Shown: positions 28,830-38,405 of the stretch, piece after piece
Layout: every line of letters begins with the position of its first letter
Numbering within the stretch: position 1 is the stretch's first letter
Assembly (NCBI GenBank): GCA_015068085.1
Contig: SVLF01000002.1
Span: 39,861 to 103,860, forward strand
Direction: 5' to 3'
DNA: 64,000 nt
From: Oscillospiraceae bacterium
GTDB lineage: Bacteria; Bacillota; Clostridia; Oscillospirales; JAAYXM01
Made by a program: the position numbers and the translations under genes
The notes under the pieces: generated by a model
What the model saw: the letters and a program-made list of their open reading frames with translations, nothing else
What the model was told of the DNA's origin: nothing
The model's database searches: none

Positions 28830-30713
28830 TTAAACACTTTCTTCATACAAAGCTTCCCACAGTGCCATTTTTTCTTCAAGCTCTGCATTCAACGCTTCCA
28901 TCTCTCCGTAAAGACGGTTGAGTGCTTCAAAATCACTTGAGGATTTTTCTATCTCCCGCTCTTTTTCGGCGATGCTCTCCTCCAGCTTCGAAATTTCGCG
29001 CTCTGTTTCGCGGATTTTTTTATCGTTGAGTTTCTTGTTTACTTTAGGTGTGCTCTCCCGCTTTTCCTTTTTCACTGCAGGAGCCTTTTGTTTTTGTGAA
29101 GCTTCCTCGTGTAATTGTTTTTCACGCCTGTGCTCGTCAAAGGTTCCTTTGAAGTCATAAATCACGCCATCGCGAAGCTCCCATATTCTGTTGGCAAACT
29201 TACTTATAAAAAATCTGTCGTGAGAAACAAACAACAGTGCGCCGTCAAAATCGGCAACAGCCTCTTCTATCCACTCACGCGATGTGATGTCAAGATGGTT
29301 TGTTGGCTCGTCAAGCAGAAGCAGATTTATATCCGCCGCCATAAGCTCACAAAGCTTCAAGCGGCTTCGCTCTCCACCGGATAATGTTCGCACACAGTCA
29401 AACACCTCATCGCCGAAAAACTGAAACGCCGCAAGGCGATTTCTTGCAGTCTGTGTGGAAACACCGATATCATAAAGCATAGTGTCAAGAATTGTTCTGT
29501 TTTCATCGGCAAAGCGGATAACCTGCGGCAAGATTGCCGCCTTCACAGACGGATTATAGGTAACTGTTCCGCGGTCAGGCGCATTATTTTTCGCAATGAT
29601 ATCAAGAAGCGTTGTTTTTCCCGTTCCGTTATCACCGACAAGCGCGATTCTGTCTCCGTTTTCCATAGTTAGATTTATATCGCTGAAAAGCATTTTATCA
29701 TCATAAGCTTTTTCAACATCGGAAAGCTTTAATACATTGTCGCCCCAAAATCCGACAGAGCTAAAGCCTGCATTTATATTGCGGTGGATTTCCTTCGGCT
29801 TTTCCGTCTTTCTCATTCGCTCGATGCGCTTTTCAATAGCAAACGCCCTTACCTGAAGCTTTTTATTTCCCATTCCCCAGCCGTGCATTCTCTCTGCCGT
29901 AAACTCAAGCCGCTCTATCTGCGCCTGTTCCGCCTTGTATCTTTTCAGCTGTTCCTCATAGCGAGCCTCTCGTTCACGCACGTAAAAGCTGTAATTTCCC
30001 GGGTAAAACTCCGCAACGCCGTCAGACAGCTCGATCACGCGGGTGATACACTTATCAATAAAATATCTGTCGTGCGAGATTATAAATACAGTTCCGCGAA
30101 AGGACGGAAGATATCCTTCAAGCCATTCCACGGCATCTATATCAAGATGGTTTGTAGGCTCGTCAAGAAGCAGAATATCAGGATCCTGCAAAAGAGCACA
30201 CGCAATGACGATCCTCGTCTTCTCGCCGCCGGAAAGCGTATCAAACACACGCTCACGCATATCCGGAGGGATGCCGAGGCCGTTACAGGTTTTTGCAATT
30301 TCCGTTTCGGTATCGTAACCTCCCATATGTTCAAAACGCGCACTCAGCTTATCATAGCGCGCAAGAACATCGGCATCGGAGTAAATCTCCATCATCTTTT
30401 CAAGACTTCGCATTTCCTTTGAAATTTCATCAAGGCGCGAAAACGCACTGAGAAGCACTTCATTTACCGTGCTTCCCGCAGGATAATCCGGTATCTGGGA
30501 TACTACGGCAACACGTCGGTCTTTTGGGATAAGTATTTCTCCGGAATCATAATCAAGCTCACCGGACAGGATTTTAAAAAGCGTTGTTTTTCCGCTGCCG
30601 TTATCGCCAAGAAGCCCGACACGTTCCCCCTGCTCAATATTGAATGACAAATCACGCAATACGTGGTGCTCACCGTAAAACTTATTCAGTTTTGAAACCG
30701 AAATATCAATCAT
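28830..30713 (-). CDS. ABC-F family ATPase (two ABC domains, no TMD, charged coiled-coil C-terminal tail)
   Basis: 627 aa. Two Walker A motifs (GDNGSGKTT, GDNGTGKTT) and two signature motifs (LSGGEKTR, LSGGERSR). The K/E-rich C-terminal extension is typical of ABC-F proteins. Confidence 0.85.
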   Translation of the reverse strand: MIDISVSKLNKFYGEHHVLRDLSFNIEQGERVGLLGDNGSGKTTLFKILSGELDYDSGEILIPKDRRVAVVSQIPDYPAGSTVNEVLLSAFSRLDEISKEMRSLEKMMEIYSDADVLARYDKLSARFEHMGGYDTETEIAKTCNGLGIPPDMRERVFDTLSGGEKTRIVIACALLQDPDILLLDEPTNHLDIDAVEWLEGYLPSFRGTVFIISHDRYFIDKCITRVIELSDGVAEFYPGNYSFYVREREARYEEQLKRYKAEQAQIERLEFTAERMHGWGMGNKKLQVRAFAIEKRIERMRKTEKPKEIHRNINAGFSSVGFWGDNVLKLSDVEKAYDDKMLFSDINLTMENGDRIALVGDNGTGKTTLLDIIAKNNAPDRGTVTYNPSVKAAILPQVIRFADENRTILDTMLYDIGVSTQTARNRLAAFQFFGDEVFDCVRTLSGGERSRLKLCELMAADINLLLLDEPTNHLDITSREWIEEAVADFDGALLFVSHDRFFISKFANRIWELRDGVIYDFKGTFDEHRREKQLHEEASQKQKAPAVKKEKRESTPKVNKKLNDKKIRETEREISKLEESIAEKEREIEKSSSDFEALNRLYGEMEALNAELEEKMALWEALYEESV

Positions 30714-31500
30714 TTGTTTTTTCTCTCTTTATAAGCTTTGCCGAAATAATTCCGCTTACTACTGCAACCATACCACCCTCACACAGCTTCGGCAGATTTT
30801 TCGTTTCATAATTGTTCTGGCTTACCGCAACGTCAAGGTCTCCCATATCTGTTTTCAGCACAAGGTGCAGAAATTCGCCCACCGGAGTTTTATCCGCTAT
30901 CATAAAGCGGACATCTCCGCCTTTTATCTCTGCGGCAATACGGGTCATAAGAATATCCGTTGTGCACTCTTCACCCTCGACCTGCATCATCCGCATATAT
31001 ACCCCCACCGGAGTAAGTGCGCCGATTACCGTGTTCTCATCAGAGAGCGCACCGCGCATATTTTCTTCGCTTTCGAAAAAGGCAATTGAATGAGGAATCA
31101 TAGACACCTGAAAATCATATTCATTTCCCGCCGTGAGGTTCTGTGCCGCAAGATGCCCCATAACGCGCGCGCAAATTCCCTTTCCGTTATCGGGATTTTT
31201 GAGAAACGCCTTACAGTCAAGCATATCATCGCGCTCGGCTGAAAATTCCTGTGAAAACTCAAGATTCCAGACCGTTGTTCCGTTGAAATGCGGATCGATG
31301 TTAAGAAGGCTTACGCTCTTGGTGTTGTGGTCAAGTGCTACCCTTTCCCACACCTCTGCTCCGCTTTTGTCACTCCATACGGCATATGCACCGTTCTCAA
31401 CCGGAAGAATACTCCCTGAATTGAGCACAAAATCTGCAAGGCGGTATGCACCGTCTTCATTTTCGATATTGAATCCTATATTTTCAAAAACCGTCGCCAT
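30706..31500 (-). CDS. Hypothetical cytoplasmic protein (264 aa)
   Basis: Intact ORF with an SD (GGAGGAAAC) upstream. Its stop overlaps the ABC-F start by 8 nt. I recognise no motif. Confidence 0.5.
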   Translation of the reverse strand: MATVFENIGFNIENEDGAYRLADFVLNSGSILPVENGAYAVWSDKSGAEVWERVALDHNTKSVSLLNIDPHFNGTTVWNLEFSQEFSAERDDMLDCKAFLKNPDNGKGICARVMGHLAAQNLTAGNEYDFQVSMIPHSIAFFESEENMRGALSDENTVIGALTPVGVYMRMMQVEGEECTTDILMTRIAAEIKGGDVRFMIADKTPVGEFLHLVLKTDMGDLDVAVSQNNYETKNLPKLCEGGMVAVVSGIISAKLIKREKTND

Positions 31501-31592
31501 AGCTGTTTCCTCCGTACAGTTTTACATTCATAAAGAATATTTTACCATATGTAAACTCAAATTTCCAGTGTTTTATATCAAGATATCAAAAT

Positions 31593-32165
31593 TTATGCGC
31601 TTTGAAATCCGAAATAGGAAAGAAGCCCGCGATATATGGCATCCGCAAACTCATATCTGTCCTCATCAAGCTTTTCGGCATCGTCTTCATTTGTTATATA
31701 CGCAAGTTCTAAAAGCACAGCCGGCATCTGCGTTCTTCGCAGGACGTACAGCGACGGACGCACAAACACTCCGTTGCGCTTTGTATCAAGACGCTCCGTT
31801 ATTGAATCGAGGAGATTTTCCGCAAGCGCCTGCGCCTGACCGCCCGAACGGAAAATATACATTTCAGTTCCGTTCACATTAGGGTTCGTATTTGCATTCA
31901 CATGAATGCTGAGAAAATAATCCGCGCCCCAGCTGTTTGCATCATTCACACGCGCGGCGAGACTTTCTGCATTTGTCGAGCCAAGCGTTGTGTCCTCGGT
32001 CGGGCGGGAAACGCGCGCTTCAAAACGGGGGTCCTGCGACAGAATATCACGCAGGTATATTCCCACATCGTATGTTATGTCCTGCTCGCGGAGCCCGAAG
32101 CCTTCCGCCCCCGCATTCACCCCCTGTGGGTTATGCCCCTGGTCGATATAGATTTTTATAGCCAT
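31593..32165 (-). CDS. N-acetylmuramoyl-L-alanine amidase (Amidase_3 family)
   Basis: 190 aa. IYIDQGHNP...ADYFLSIHVNA...LLELAYITNEDD are the metal-binding and structural motifs of the family. Confidence 0.8.
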   Translation of the reverse strand: MAIKIYIDQGHNPQGVNAGAEGFGLREQDITYDVGIYLRDILSQDPRFEARVSRPTEDTTLGSTNAESLAARVNDANSWGADYFLSIHVNANTNPNVNGTEMYIFRSGGQAQALAENLLDSITERLDTKRNGVFVRPSLYVLRRTQMPAVLLELAYITNEDDAEKLDEDRYEFADAIYRGLLSYFGFQSA

Positions 32166-32280
32166 AATAAACGCCTCCTTTATATTGCACTATACGGAGT
32201 TTTTTCAAAAAAGTTTCCTGATTTTAAAAAAAAGGACACGCAAAAGTGAAAATAGGTCAAAAAATACCCGTGATTGTGCA

Positions 32281-32308
32281 TTGACTTTAAAAGCTTTTAT
32301 GATACAAT
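32281..32308 (+). promoter_or_regulatory. Promoter candidate for GH95 copy 2
   Basis: TTGACT (32281-32286), 16-nt spacer, TGaTACAAT extended -10 (TACAAT 32303-32308). Confidence 0.5.
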
Positions 32309-32337
32309 TAGTAAAAACACTTTAAGAGGTGAAAGCT

Positions 32338-34641
32338 ATGCGCGAATACAGATTATTTGATACCTCCCCTGCAACAAAATGGCTCGAAAGTGTACCTGTA
32401 GGAAATGGCAGAATGGGCGGTACGCTTATGTGCGGTGTTTCAGAGGAGGTTATGATTTTAAACGAAGAAACCGTCTGGTCATCACAGCCCGGAGGTGAGG
32501 CGAACCCTGAAATGCCCGCAAAGCTTGAGACTATAAAACAGCTTTTCCGCGAAGGAAAGCCCGCAGAAGCAGACAAGCTTGCAAACACCCTCCTCTCCGA
32601 CTGTTTCACAAGAATCCGCTCTTATGAAACGGCCGGTCAGCTCAAAATTTCTCTCCACGAAAACGACCATTGCCGTGATTACCGTCATGAGCTCGACCTT
32701 ATGCGCGGTATAGCAAAGGTTGAATATACGCATCGCGGAACACATTATGTCCGTGAATGCTTCTCATCATACCCCGACAACGTTATCGTGTATCGCGTAA
32801 CAAGTGACGGGGATGCCCTTGATGCGGAAATCGGCTATGACCGTGAGCACACGCTTTCCAAAAAGGCTGACGGAAATGAGCTTTGCATTATTGCTCGCAC
32901 AATCTGCGGCAACCACAAGTTCTGCGTTAAAATCCGCGTTATAACAGACGGCACGGTAACCGCAAATAGCGGAAGTCTTTTCGTTTCTGACACGAATGAA
33001 TTTACCGTTCTTGTAAACATCGCTACGGAATTCCGACACGGTGAAAGCTTTGAAGATGCGGTTATCTTCCCTTCAAACACGGATTACAACGCATTGCGTC
33101 TCCACCACGAAAAGGATTTTCTGTCTGTGATGTCGCGCGCGGATATAAAGGTTCCGGAAGCTCTCGAGATGGAAGATGTTTCGATGCCGCTGCGCATACA
33201 TGCGCTTACCTGCAACCGCCCCAACGACGGCGGACTTGTTATGATGGTATGGCAGTTCGGAAGATATCTTCTCACGTCTTCAAGCCGCCCCGGAACACTT
33301 CCTGCAAACCTTCAGGGAATGTGGGTTGACAAGGATGTGTCACCGTGGAGCTCGGATTACCACACAAATATCAATCTGCAGATGAATTATTGGCCGGCAG
33401 AGGTTGCAAACCTTTCCGACTGCCATATGCAGCTGTTTGATTATATGAAGAACTTCTTGCTTGAGTCCGGCAAGAAAACGGCAAAAACAGGCTACAATGC
33501 ACGAGGAAGCGTCGTGCATCATTTAAGTGATATTTACGGCTTCACGTCCCCCGCCGACGGGCTCTGGGGTATATGGCCGCACGGCCTTTCATGGCTTTGC
33601 TTCCATCTTTGGGAGCACTGGCTCTTTACCCGTGACGAAGAATTCCTGCGCGATACTGCGTATGAAATGATACGTGAAAGCTCACTCTTCTTCCTCGACA
33701 CGATGTTTGAGGACAAAAAAGGACGGCTTGTTTATGCTCCGTCTTCAAGCCCGGAGAACCGCTACTGGGCAGAAGATGAAAACGGAGAAAAATACGCCTG
33801 CTTCCTTGCAATGAGCTCTACCATGGACACAAGCATCATCGGCGGACTTTTGCGGATGTACATAAACGCATCGGAAATTCTCGGCATCTCAGATAATGAT
33901 ACAAAGCACGCCGCCGAAGCTCTGGGAAAGCTCCCGAAGCTTTTTGTCGGAAAACACGGTCAGCTTGCAGAGTGGATTGAGGACTATGAGGAAACCTCGA
34001 TTGGTCACCGCCATTTTTCAAACACGTTTGCTTTCTTCCCGGACAACGCAATAACGCGTGAAACACCTGAGCTTTACAAAGCTATTGAGGTTTCGCTCGC
34101 GCGCCGTCTTTCAGGCGGACTTGACTCGAACGGACAAGGCGCAACAAGCGTTGGCTGGAGCCTTACATGGCTTACATGCCAATTTGCACGTCTGCGCAAG
34201 GGCAACGACGCTTACCAAATGGTTGAAAATTATATCACCCGCGCTACAGCACCGAATCTTATGGATCATTACACAAAATCCAATCAGGTGTTCCAGCTTG
34301 ATGCTAATATGGGATATGTTGCAGGTGTCTGCGAGATGCTTATTCAGAGCCACGAAGGCTTCATTTCCCTACTTCCCGCTCTTCCCAAAAAATGGGATAA
34401 CGGTTCATTCCGCGGACTGCGCGCACGCGGCGGATATGAGCTTGACGTAAAGTGGGAAAATTATGAGGTACGCGACATCTACATCACCGCAGATTTTGAC
34501 GGAGATGTGACACTTGAGCTTCCCGAGACTCAGAAAGCACTTAAATTCCGTGATGATAAAGGGAATGTATATGCTGTAAAGGAAAACAAACTTACACTTG
34601 ATATGTGTAAGAATAAACGGCTTCATATTGTTACAGAATAA
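32338..34641 (+). CDS. Glycoside hydrolase family 95 (alpha-L-fucosidase-like), copy 2
   Basis: MREYRLFDTSPATKWLESVPVGNGRMGGTL...LNEETVWSS. Collinear with copy 1 and the same length. Start is ATG 32338, preceded by AAGAGGTGA. Confidence 0.85.
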   Translation: MREYRLFDTSPATKWLESVPVGNGRMGGTLMCGVSEEVMILNEETVWSSQPGGEANPEMPAKLETIKQLFREGKPAEADKLANTLLSDCFTRIRSYETAGQLKISLHENDHCRDYRHELDLMRGIAKVEYTHRGTHYVRECFSSYPDNVIVYRVTSDGDALDAEIGYDREHTLSKKADGNELCIIARTICGNHKFCVKIRVITDGTVTANSGSLFVSDTNEFTVLVNIATEFRHGESFEDAVIFPSNTDYNALRLHHEKDFLSVMSRADIKVPEALEMEDVSMPLRIHALTCNRPNDGGLVMMVWQFGRYLLTSSSRPGTLPANLQGMWVDKDVSPWSSDYHTNINLQMNYWPAEVANLSDCHMQLFDYMKNFLLESGKKTAKTGYNARGSVVHHLSDIYGFTSPADGLWGIWPHGLSWLCFHLWEHWLFTRDEEFLRDTAYEMIRESSLFFLDTMFEDKKGRLVYAPSSSPENRYWAEDENGEKYACFLAMSSTMDTSIIGGLLRMYINASEILGISDNDTKHAAEALGKLPKLFVGKHGQLAEWIEDYEETSIGHRHFSNTFAFFPDNAITRETPELYKAIEVSLARRLSGGLDSNGQGATSVGWSLTWLTCQFARLRKGNDAYQMVENYITRATAPNLMDHYTKSNQVFQLDANMGYVAGVCEMLIQSHEGFISLLPALPKKWDNGSFRGLRARGGYELDVKWENYEVRDIYITADFDGDVTLELPETQKALKFRDDKGNVYAVKENKLTLDMCKNKRLHIVTE

Positions 34642-34657
34642 GGCGCAGGTATTATCG

Positions 34658-34705
34658 AGAACTCCCGCGGGGTGGAAAATTCCACTCCGCGGGAGTTCTT
34701 TATAT
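34658..34705. terminator. Bidirectional hairpin terminator
   Basis: AGAACTCCCGCGG...CCGCGGGAGTTCT long stem with a nested GTGGAA/TTCCAC helix. It sits between the convergent GH95 and uppP genes, followed by TTTAT. Confidence 0.75.
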
Positions 34706-34714
34706 TATACAATT

Positions 34715-35524
34715 TTATTTCGCAAGAAGAAAGTATCCAATGACGAGAATACCGAGAATTATGCGGTAAACACCGAAGGCTTTGAAATCGTGCTTGCGGA
34801 CATAGCCGGTAAGGAACTTTACAGAAACAAGAGAGACAACATACGCCGTAATCATAGAAACCGCGAGGATTATCCATTCACCGGACGACATAATATAATC
34901 GTTTGTGATAATTTTAAGAAAGCTTACACCGAACATAACAGGAATTGCAAGGAAGAAAGAAAACTCTGCTGCAACGCTTCTTGATGTTCCGAGAAGGATT
35001 GCGCCGAGGATTGTAGCACCTGAGCGCGACGTTCCGGGGATGATTGAAAGAACCTGGAAAAGCCCTATGTAAAGCGCGGTTTTGTAGGTCATATCTTCCA
35101 TATTTGCAACCTTTACAGGCTTGTTTTTACGCTCAATTATGATAAATGCAATACCGTATACAACAAGCATTATGCTGACAACAAAGGGAGTTGAAACTGC
35201 ATCCATTGCATCATTGAACAAAAGCCCGAGCACTGCGGCAGGGATGCAGGCAACAATAACCTTAAACCACATCTGCCACGTCTGCTTTTTCTCGACAGCT
35301 GACTTTGAGGGCGAGAACGGATTGAGCTTTTTAAAATACAGCGTAGCGATTGCCAGAATCGCACCGAGCTGAATTACGTACAGAAAAATCTGTGATGAGA
35401 AAAAGCTCTTTTCGTCTATACCCATAAGCTCATTGACCAAAATCATATGCCCTGTACTGCTTATGGGAAGCCATTCCGTTATACCTTCGACTATACCTAT
35501 AATTATTGCTTTTAAAATATCCAT
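34715..35524 (-). CDS. uppP: Undecaprenyl-diphosphate phosphatase
   Basis: [26 protein letters not shown]... and ..[10 protein letters not shown].. are BacA/UppP signatures. I prefer ATG 35524 (SD GGTGA). Confidence 0.9.
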   Translation of the reverse strand: MDILKAIIIGIVEGITEWLPISSTGHMILVNELMGIDEKSFFSSQIFLYVIQLGAILAIATLYFKKLNPFSPSKSAVEKKQTWQMWFKVIVACIPAAVLGLLFNDAMDAVSTPFVVSIMLVVYGIAFIIIERKNKPVKVANMEDMTYKTALYIGLFQVLSIIPGTSRSGATILGAILLGTSRSVAAEFSFFLAIPVMFGVSFLKIITNDYIMSSGEWIILAVSMITAYVVSLVSVKFLTGYVRKHDFKAFGVYRIILGILVIGYFLLAK

Positions 35525-35556
35525 AATAATCACCACTGTAAATGTATTCAGGTTTC

Positions 35557-36099
35557 TTACTTCCTATGCTCCATATTCTGCATTATTCGCTCAAAAGCTT
35601 TCAGAACAAGCCACAGCAGAACTATTTCGACAGGCAGAAGCGCAATATTTTTAACAACGCGCTCAAGAAGCAGGACAATATATGCCTTGCCGTAAAGATT
35701 TGACAGCCAGTATGTATTGAGCGCAATATTCACGCCGATATTGACCACGGTTTTAGAGGCGATTACACGCCAGACACGAAGGGGCTTTTCATAAAGAAAA
35801 ATTGCAAAAACAAGCACCGTGAGCATCGTGGAAAGCGTAAAGCCGAGGTGAAGCGGACCTGCCGGACGTATCACATATGCGATAAGGTCACACGCAAGCG
35901 CAGCAAGAGTTCCGGTAAAATGCCCGAAGCGATACCCTAAAAGCCCAAGAACCAGAAACGAAAAAGTGAGCTGCATGGTCGGGGTAACATAGACCGATGC
36001 TGTGTCAATTGCAACATAGAGCGCAACAAGCACGGCACACATTGCGAGGGAATGAATGTTTTTGATTTCGCCAAGCGAGGATTTGATACGGTTTTGCAT
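35557..36099 (-). CDS. folT: ECF transporter S component, folate family
   Basis: 180-aa, 5-6 TM protein of ECF-S size. It lies directly downstream of a THF riboswitch, which is the classic genomic association. Confidence 0.75.
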   Translation of the reverse strand: MQNRIKSSLGEIKNIHSLAMCAVLVALYVAIDTASVYVTPTMQLTFSFLVLGLLGYRFGHFTGTLAALACDLIAYVIRPAGPLHLGFTLSTMLTVLVFAIFLYEKPLRVWRVIASKTVVNIGVNIALNTYWLSNLYGKAYIVLLLERVVKNIALLPVEIVLLWLVLKAFERIMQNMEHRK

Positions 36100-36106
36100 A
36101 ATTTTA

Positions 36107-36155
36107 GTCCTCCTTTGTTAAATTTTGGTACAACAAAACCTGACACAAAGAGGAC
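36107..36155 (-). promoter_or_regulatory. Riboswitch expression platform (SD-sequestering helix)
   Basis: GUCCUCUUUGU (36155-36145) is complementary, with a single bulge, to ACAAAGGAGGAC (36118-36107), which contains the folT SD. Confidence 0.6.
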
Positions 36156-36168
36156 AGTAAGCCGTATT

Positions 36169-36270
36169 TGCAGCGGGATGCGGAAACATCACGGCAACGC
36201 ATAACGCGCCTTCGTCCGCACGACAACTCCCCGTTCGCACGGCACTTAACCCGATATTCCCTACTCTGCC
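36169..36270 (-). promoter_or_regulatory. THF (tetrahydrofolate) riboswitch aptamer
   Basis: Minus-strand RNA: GGCAGAGUAGGGAAUAUCGGGUUAAGUGCCGUGCGAACGGGGAGUUGUCGUGCGGACGAAGGCGCGUUAUGCGUUGCCGUGAUGUUUCCGCAUCCCGCUGC. It is collinear with the THF-I aptamer I recall from Eubacterium siraeum (AGAGUAG...GUUAAGUG...GGGA.GU.GUC...ACGAAG...GCAUCCGCU). P1 is GCAG/CUGC. Confidence 0.85.
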
Positions 36271-36286
36271 TTTTTGTGATAAAAAC

Positions 36287-36315
36287 AGTATACCATAAAA
36301 AGTATACTGTTACAA
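36287..36315 (-). promoter_or_regulatory. Promoter of the THF riboswitch-folT unit
   Basis: On the minus strand: TTGTAA (36315-36310), 17-nt spacer, TGgTATACT extended -10 (36295-36287). Confidence 0.55.
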
Positions 36316-36331
36316 GTGTTATTTTAAAATA

Positions 36332-37117
36332 TTACCGTTTATAATTTTCGTTGCAATACGGTTTATCAATGAACGGAACCTGAGCAAATTCTTCCATATT
36401 ATTACGGATTATATAGTCAATATACGACATAACCATTTTTGCGGTGAGCATATATCCCGCAGGATTGAGGTGCCCGCCGAGAAAGAACTGCTTTTGGAAG
36501 GCTTCGTCATAGACCGGAGCATATTTATAAAAATCAAGAATATAAATGCGATCATATCGGTCCGCAAAGCTGTACAAAAGCTCTGCATGTGCAGCTTTAA
36601 TGCTATCACGCTCGCTATCCCCGTCACGCGGCATAGTCATAAGAAAAATTCGTGCATACGGCTGGCGAGCCTTTATTTTTCTGATTATTTTGCCGTAGTA
36701 TGATGCAAAGCTTGTCCCGTCACGGTCATCCGTGTCTTCAACTTTCCCAAGCTCCTGGCCTCTTCCGAAAAGGTCATTAACACCAAGTGCAATAATATAC
36801 GCCTGTGCATTTTTATCTTCATTCCAAAAGCCCTTATAACTGCTGAATGACTCCATATATTCTTTTGCCGTCATTCCTCCGCGGGAAAAGTTATACACCT
36901 TACACCCTGCCGTTCTTGCGATATACTGCCCCCATGAATATTCAAAATAGTCATGATAGCCTTTGCCGCAAGCTTCACTGTAAGACTCAAACTCGCCGGA
37001 TGACAGACTGTCTCCTATACAGGCAATTGTTCTGAAAATTCCCGTAAATCCGCCGTCGCCGACAAGCCTGTCAAGCGGTTTTTCATCCTTTGTTGGCATA
37101 AATTCGCTGATATTCAT
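36332..37117 (-). CDS. SGNH/GDSL hydrolase family protein
   Basis: 261 aa. Block I IACIGDSLSSGE, and a later GGHLNPAG-type block V-like segment. Confidence 0.7.
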   Translation of the reverse strand: MNISEFMPTKDEKPLDRLVGDGGFTGIFRTIACIGDSLSSGEFESYSEACGKGYHDYFEYSWGQYIARTAGCKVYNFSRGGMTAKEYMESFSSYKGFWNEDKNAQAYIIALGVNDLFGRGQELGKVEDTDDRDGTSFASYYGKIIRKIKARQPYARIFLMTMPRDGDSERDSIKAAHAELLYSFADRYDRIYILDFYKYAPVYDEAFQKQFFLGGHLNPAGYMLTAKMVMSYIDYIIRNNMEEFAQVPFIDKPYCNENYKR

Positions 37118-37213
37118 TCCGCATCATCCTTTGTTTTAATATAACTTTAGTATATCATCAAACAAAGGCGGTGTCAAACATTTCAACAGCGATACGAAAA
37201 AAAACGTACGATC

Positions 37214-37990
37214 TTACAACTGTTTTTTTATTCTGTCAATCGCGCTCTTTTCAAGGCGCGACACCTGAGCCTGGCTTATGCCGATTTCATTTGCAACCTC
37301 AGTCTGCGTTCGTCCGTCAAAAAAGCGCAAAGATAAAATGTGGCGTTCCCTCTCGTTGAGGTTTGAAATAGCTTCTTTCAAAGCTATTTTTTCCAGCCAG
37401 TTTTCATCGGTGTTCTTTGTATCGCCAACCTGATCCATAACGCAGATGGTATCTCCCGACGCGTCGGAATACACCGGCTCATAAAGCGAAACAGGCTCCA
37501 TAATTCCGTCAAGCGCGAAAACCACATCCTCGCGCTTCATATTCATCGCCTTGGCAATTTCCTCAACCGTAGGCTCCTTCTGCGTTTCGTTTATAAGCTT
37601 TTCTTTGGTTTGCAAAGCACGGTAAGCCGTGTCCCGCATAGAACGTGACACGCGTATCGTGCTGTTATCCCGAAGGTATCTGCGTATCTCCCCAATGACC
37701 ATCGGAACAGCATAGGTGCTCAGGCGAAGGCCCAAAGTTATATCGAAATTGTCGATTGCTTTAATAAGCCCAACGCATCCAACCTGAAACAGATCGTCCA
37801 CCTGCTCACCTCGATTCGCAAAGCGCTGGATCACACTGAGAACAAGCCGTAAATTCCCCGAAATAAGCTCGTCCCGTGCGGATATATCTCCTGCACGGTA
37901 TTTTTTGAGCAGCTCATATGTTTCATCGCCCGAAAGCACCTTTAATTTTGACGTATTTACACCGCATATTTCAACTTTACCGTATACCAA
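37214..37990 (-). CDS. sigG: RNA polymerase sporulation sigma factor SigG
   Basis: Nearly collinear with B. subtilis SigG as I recall it: KVEICGVNTSKLKVL..., GNLRLVLSVIQRFANRGEQVDDLFQVGCVGLIKAIDNFD, YAVPMVIGEIRRYLRDNSTIRVSRS, EIGISQAQVSRLEKSAI. The likely start is TTG 37990, after GGGAGG; the track ATG 38011 lies inside or upstream of the SD. Confidence 0.9.
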   Translation of the reverse strand: MVYGKVEICGVNTSKLKVLSGDETYELLKKYRAGDISARDELISGNLRLVLSVIQRFANRGEQVDDLFQVGCVGLIKAIDNFDITLGLRLSTYAVPMVIGEIRRYLRDNSTIRVSRSMRDTAYRALQTKEKLINETQKEPTVEEIAKAMNMKREDVVFALDGIMEPVSLYEPVYSDASGDTICVMDQVGDTKNTDENWLEKIALKEAISNLNERERHILSLRFFDGRTQTEVANEIGISQAQVSRLEKSAIDRIKKQL

Positions 37991-38094
37991 AACAAAAACC
38001 TCCCAAACCAAAAGACTATTATAATTATTTCCTCGGGAGATTTTTTTAAACTGTATAAAATTGACAAAACTGTTTTTATATAACTACATCAAAA

Positions 38095-38405
38095 GACTTC
38101 TGACCGCGGACTAAAAAGCGTGCCACCGGCACCCTTTTTGCCTCTGCGGAGTGCCGTCCTGTTCGAGTCCTCTTCATTTCGCGCAGTACCAAAGTAAAAA
38201 CGCACCAACCTCCGGCTGGTACGTTTTCCCTTTGGTAGAGATGAAGGGACTTCTACCCGCGGACTAAAAAGCGTGCCACCGGCACCCTTTTTGCTCTCTG
38301 CGGAGCGCCGTCCTGTTCGAGTCCTCTTCATTTCGCGCAGTACCAAAGTAAAAACGCACCAACCTCCGGCTGGTACGTTTCTTCTTTGGTAGAGATGAAG
38401 GGACT
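38095..38405. repeat. Two tandem ~153-154-bp repeat units abutting tRNA-Val; unit B ends in an exact copy of the tRNA 3' terminal 19 nt and unit A in a degenerate one
   Basis: 38095-38247 and 38248-38401 differ only at a handful of positions. TGGTAGAGATGAAGGGACT occurs at 38233-38251 and again as the real tRNA 3' end at 38387-38405. Each unit contains AAAAAGCGTGCCACCGGCACCCTTTTT, a bidirectional terminator-like hairpin. Confidence 0.85.

Noticed and set aside
38141-38190. Possible plus-strand tRNA inside the repeat unit (GTTCGAGTCC...CAGTACCA looks like a T-arm plus CCA end)
   Set aside because: The flanking bases do not form a 5-bp T-stem or a 7-bp acceptor stem. The CCA is not at the right distance, and there is no D-arm or anticodon arm upstream. 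I treat it as tRNA-derived debris at most.
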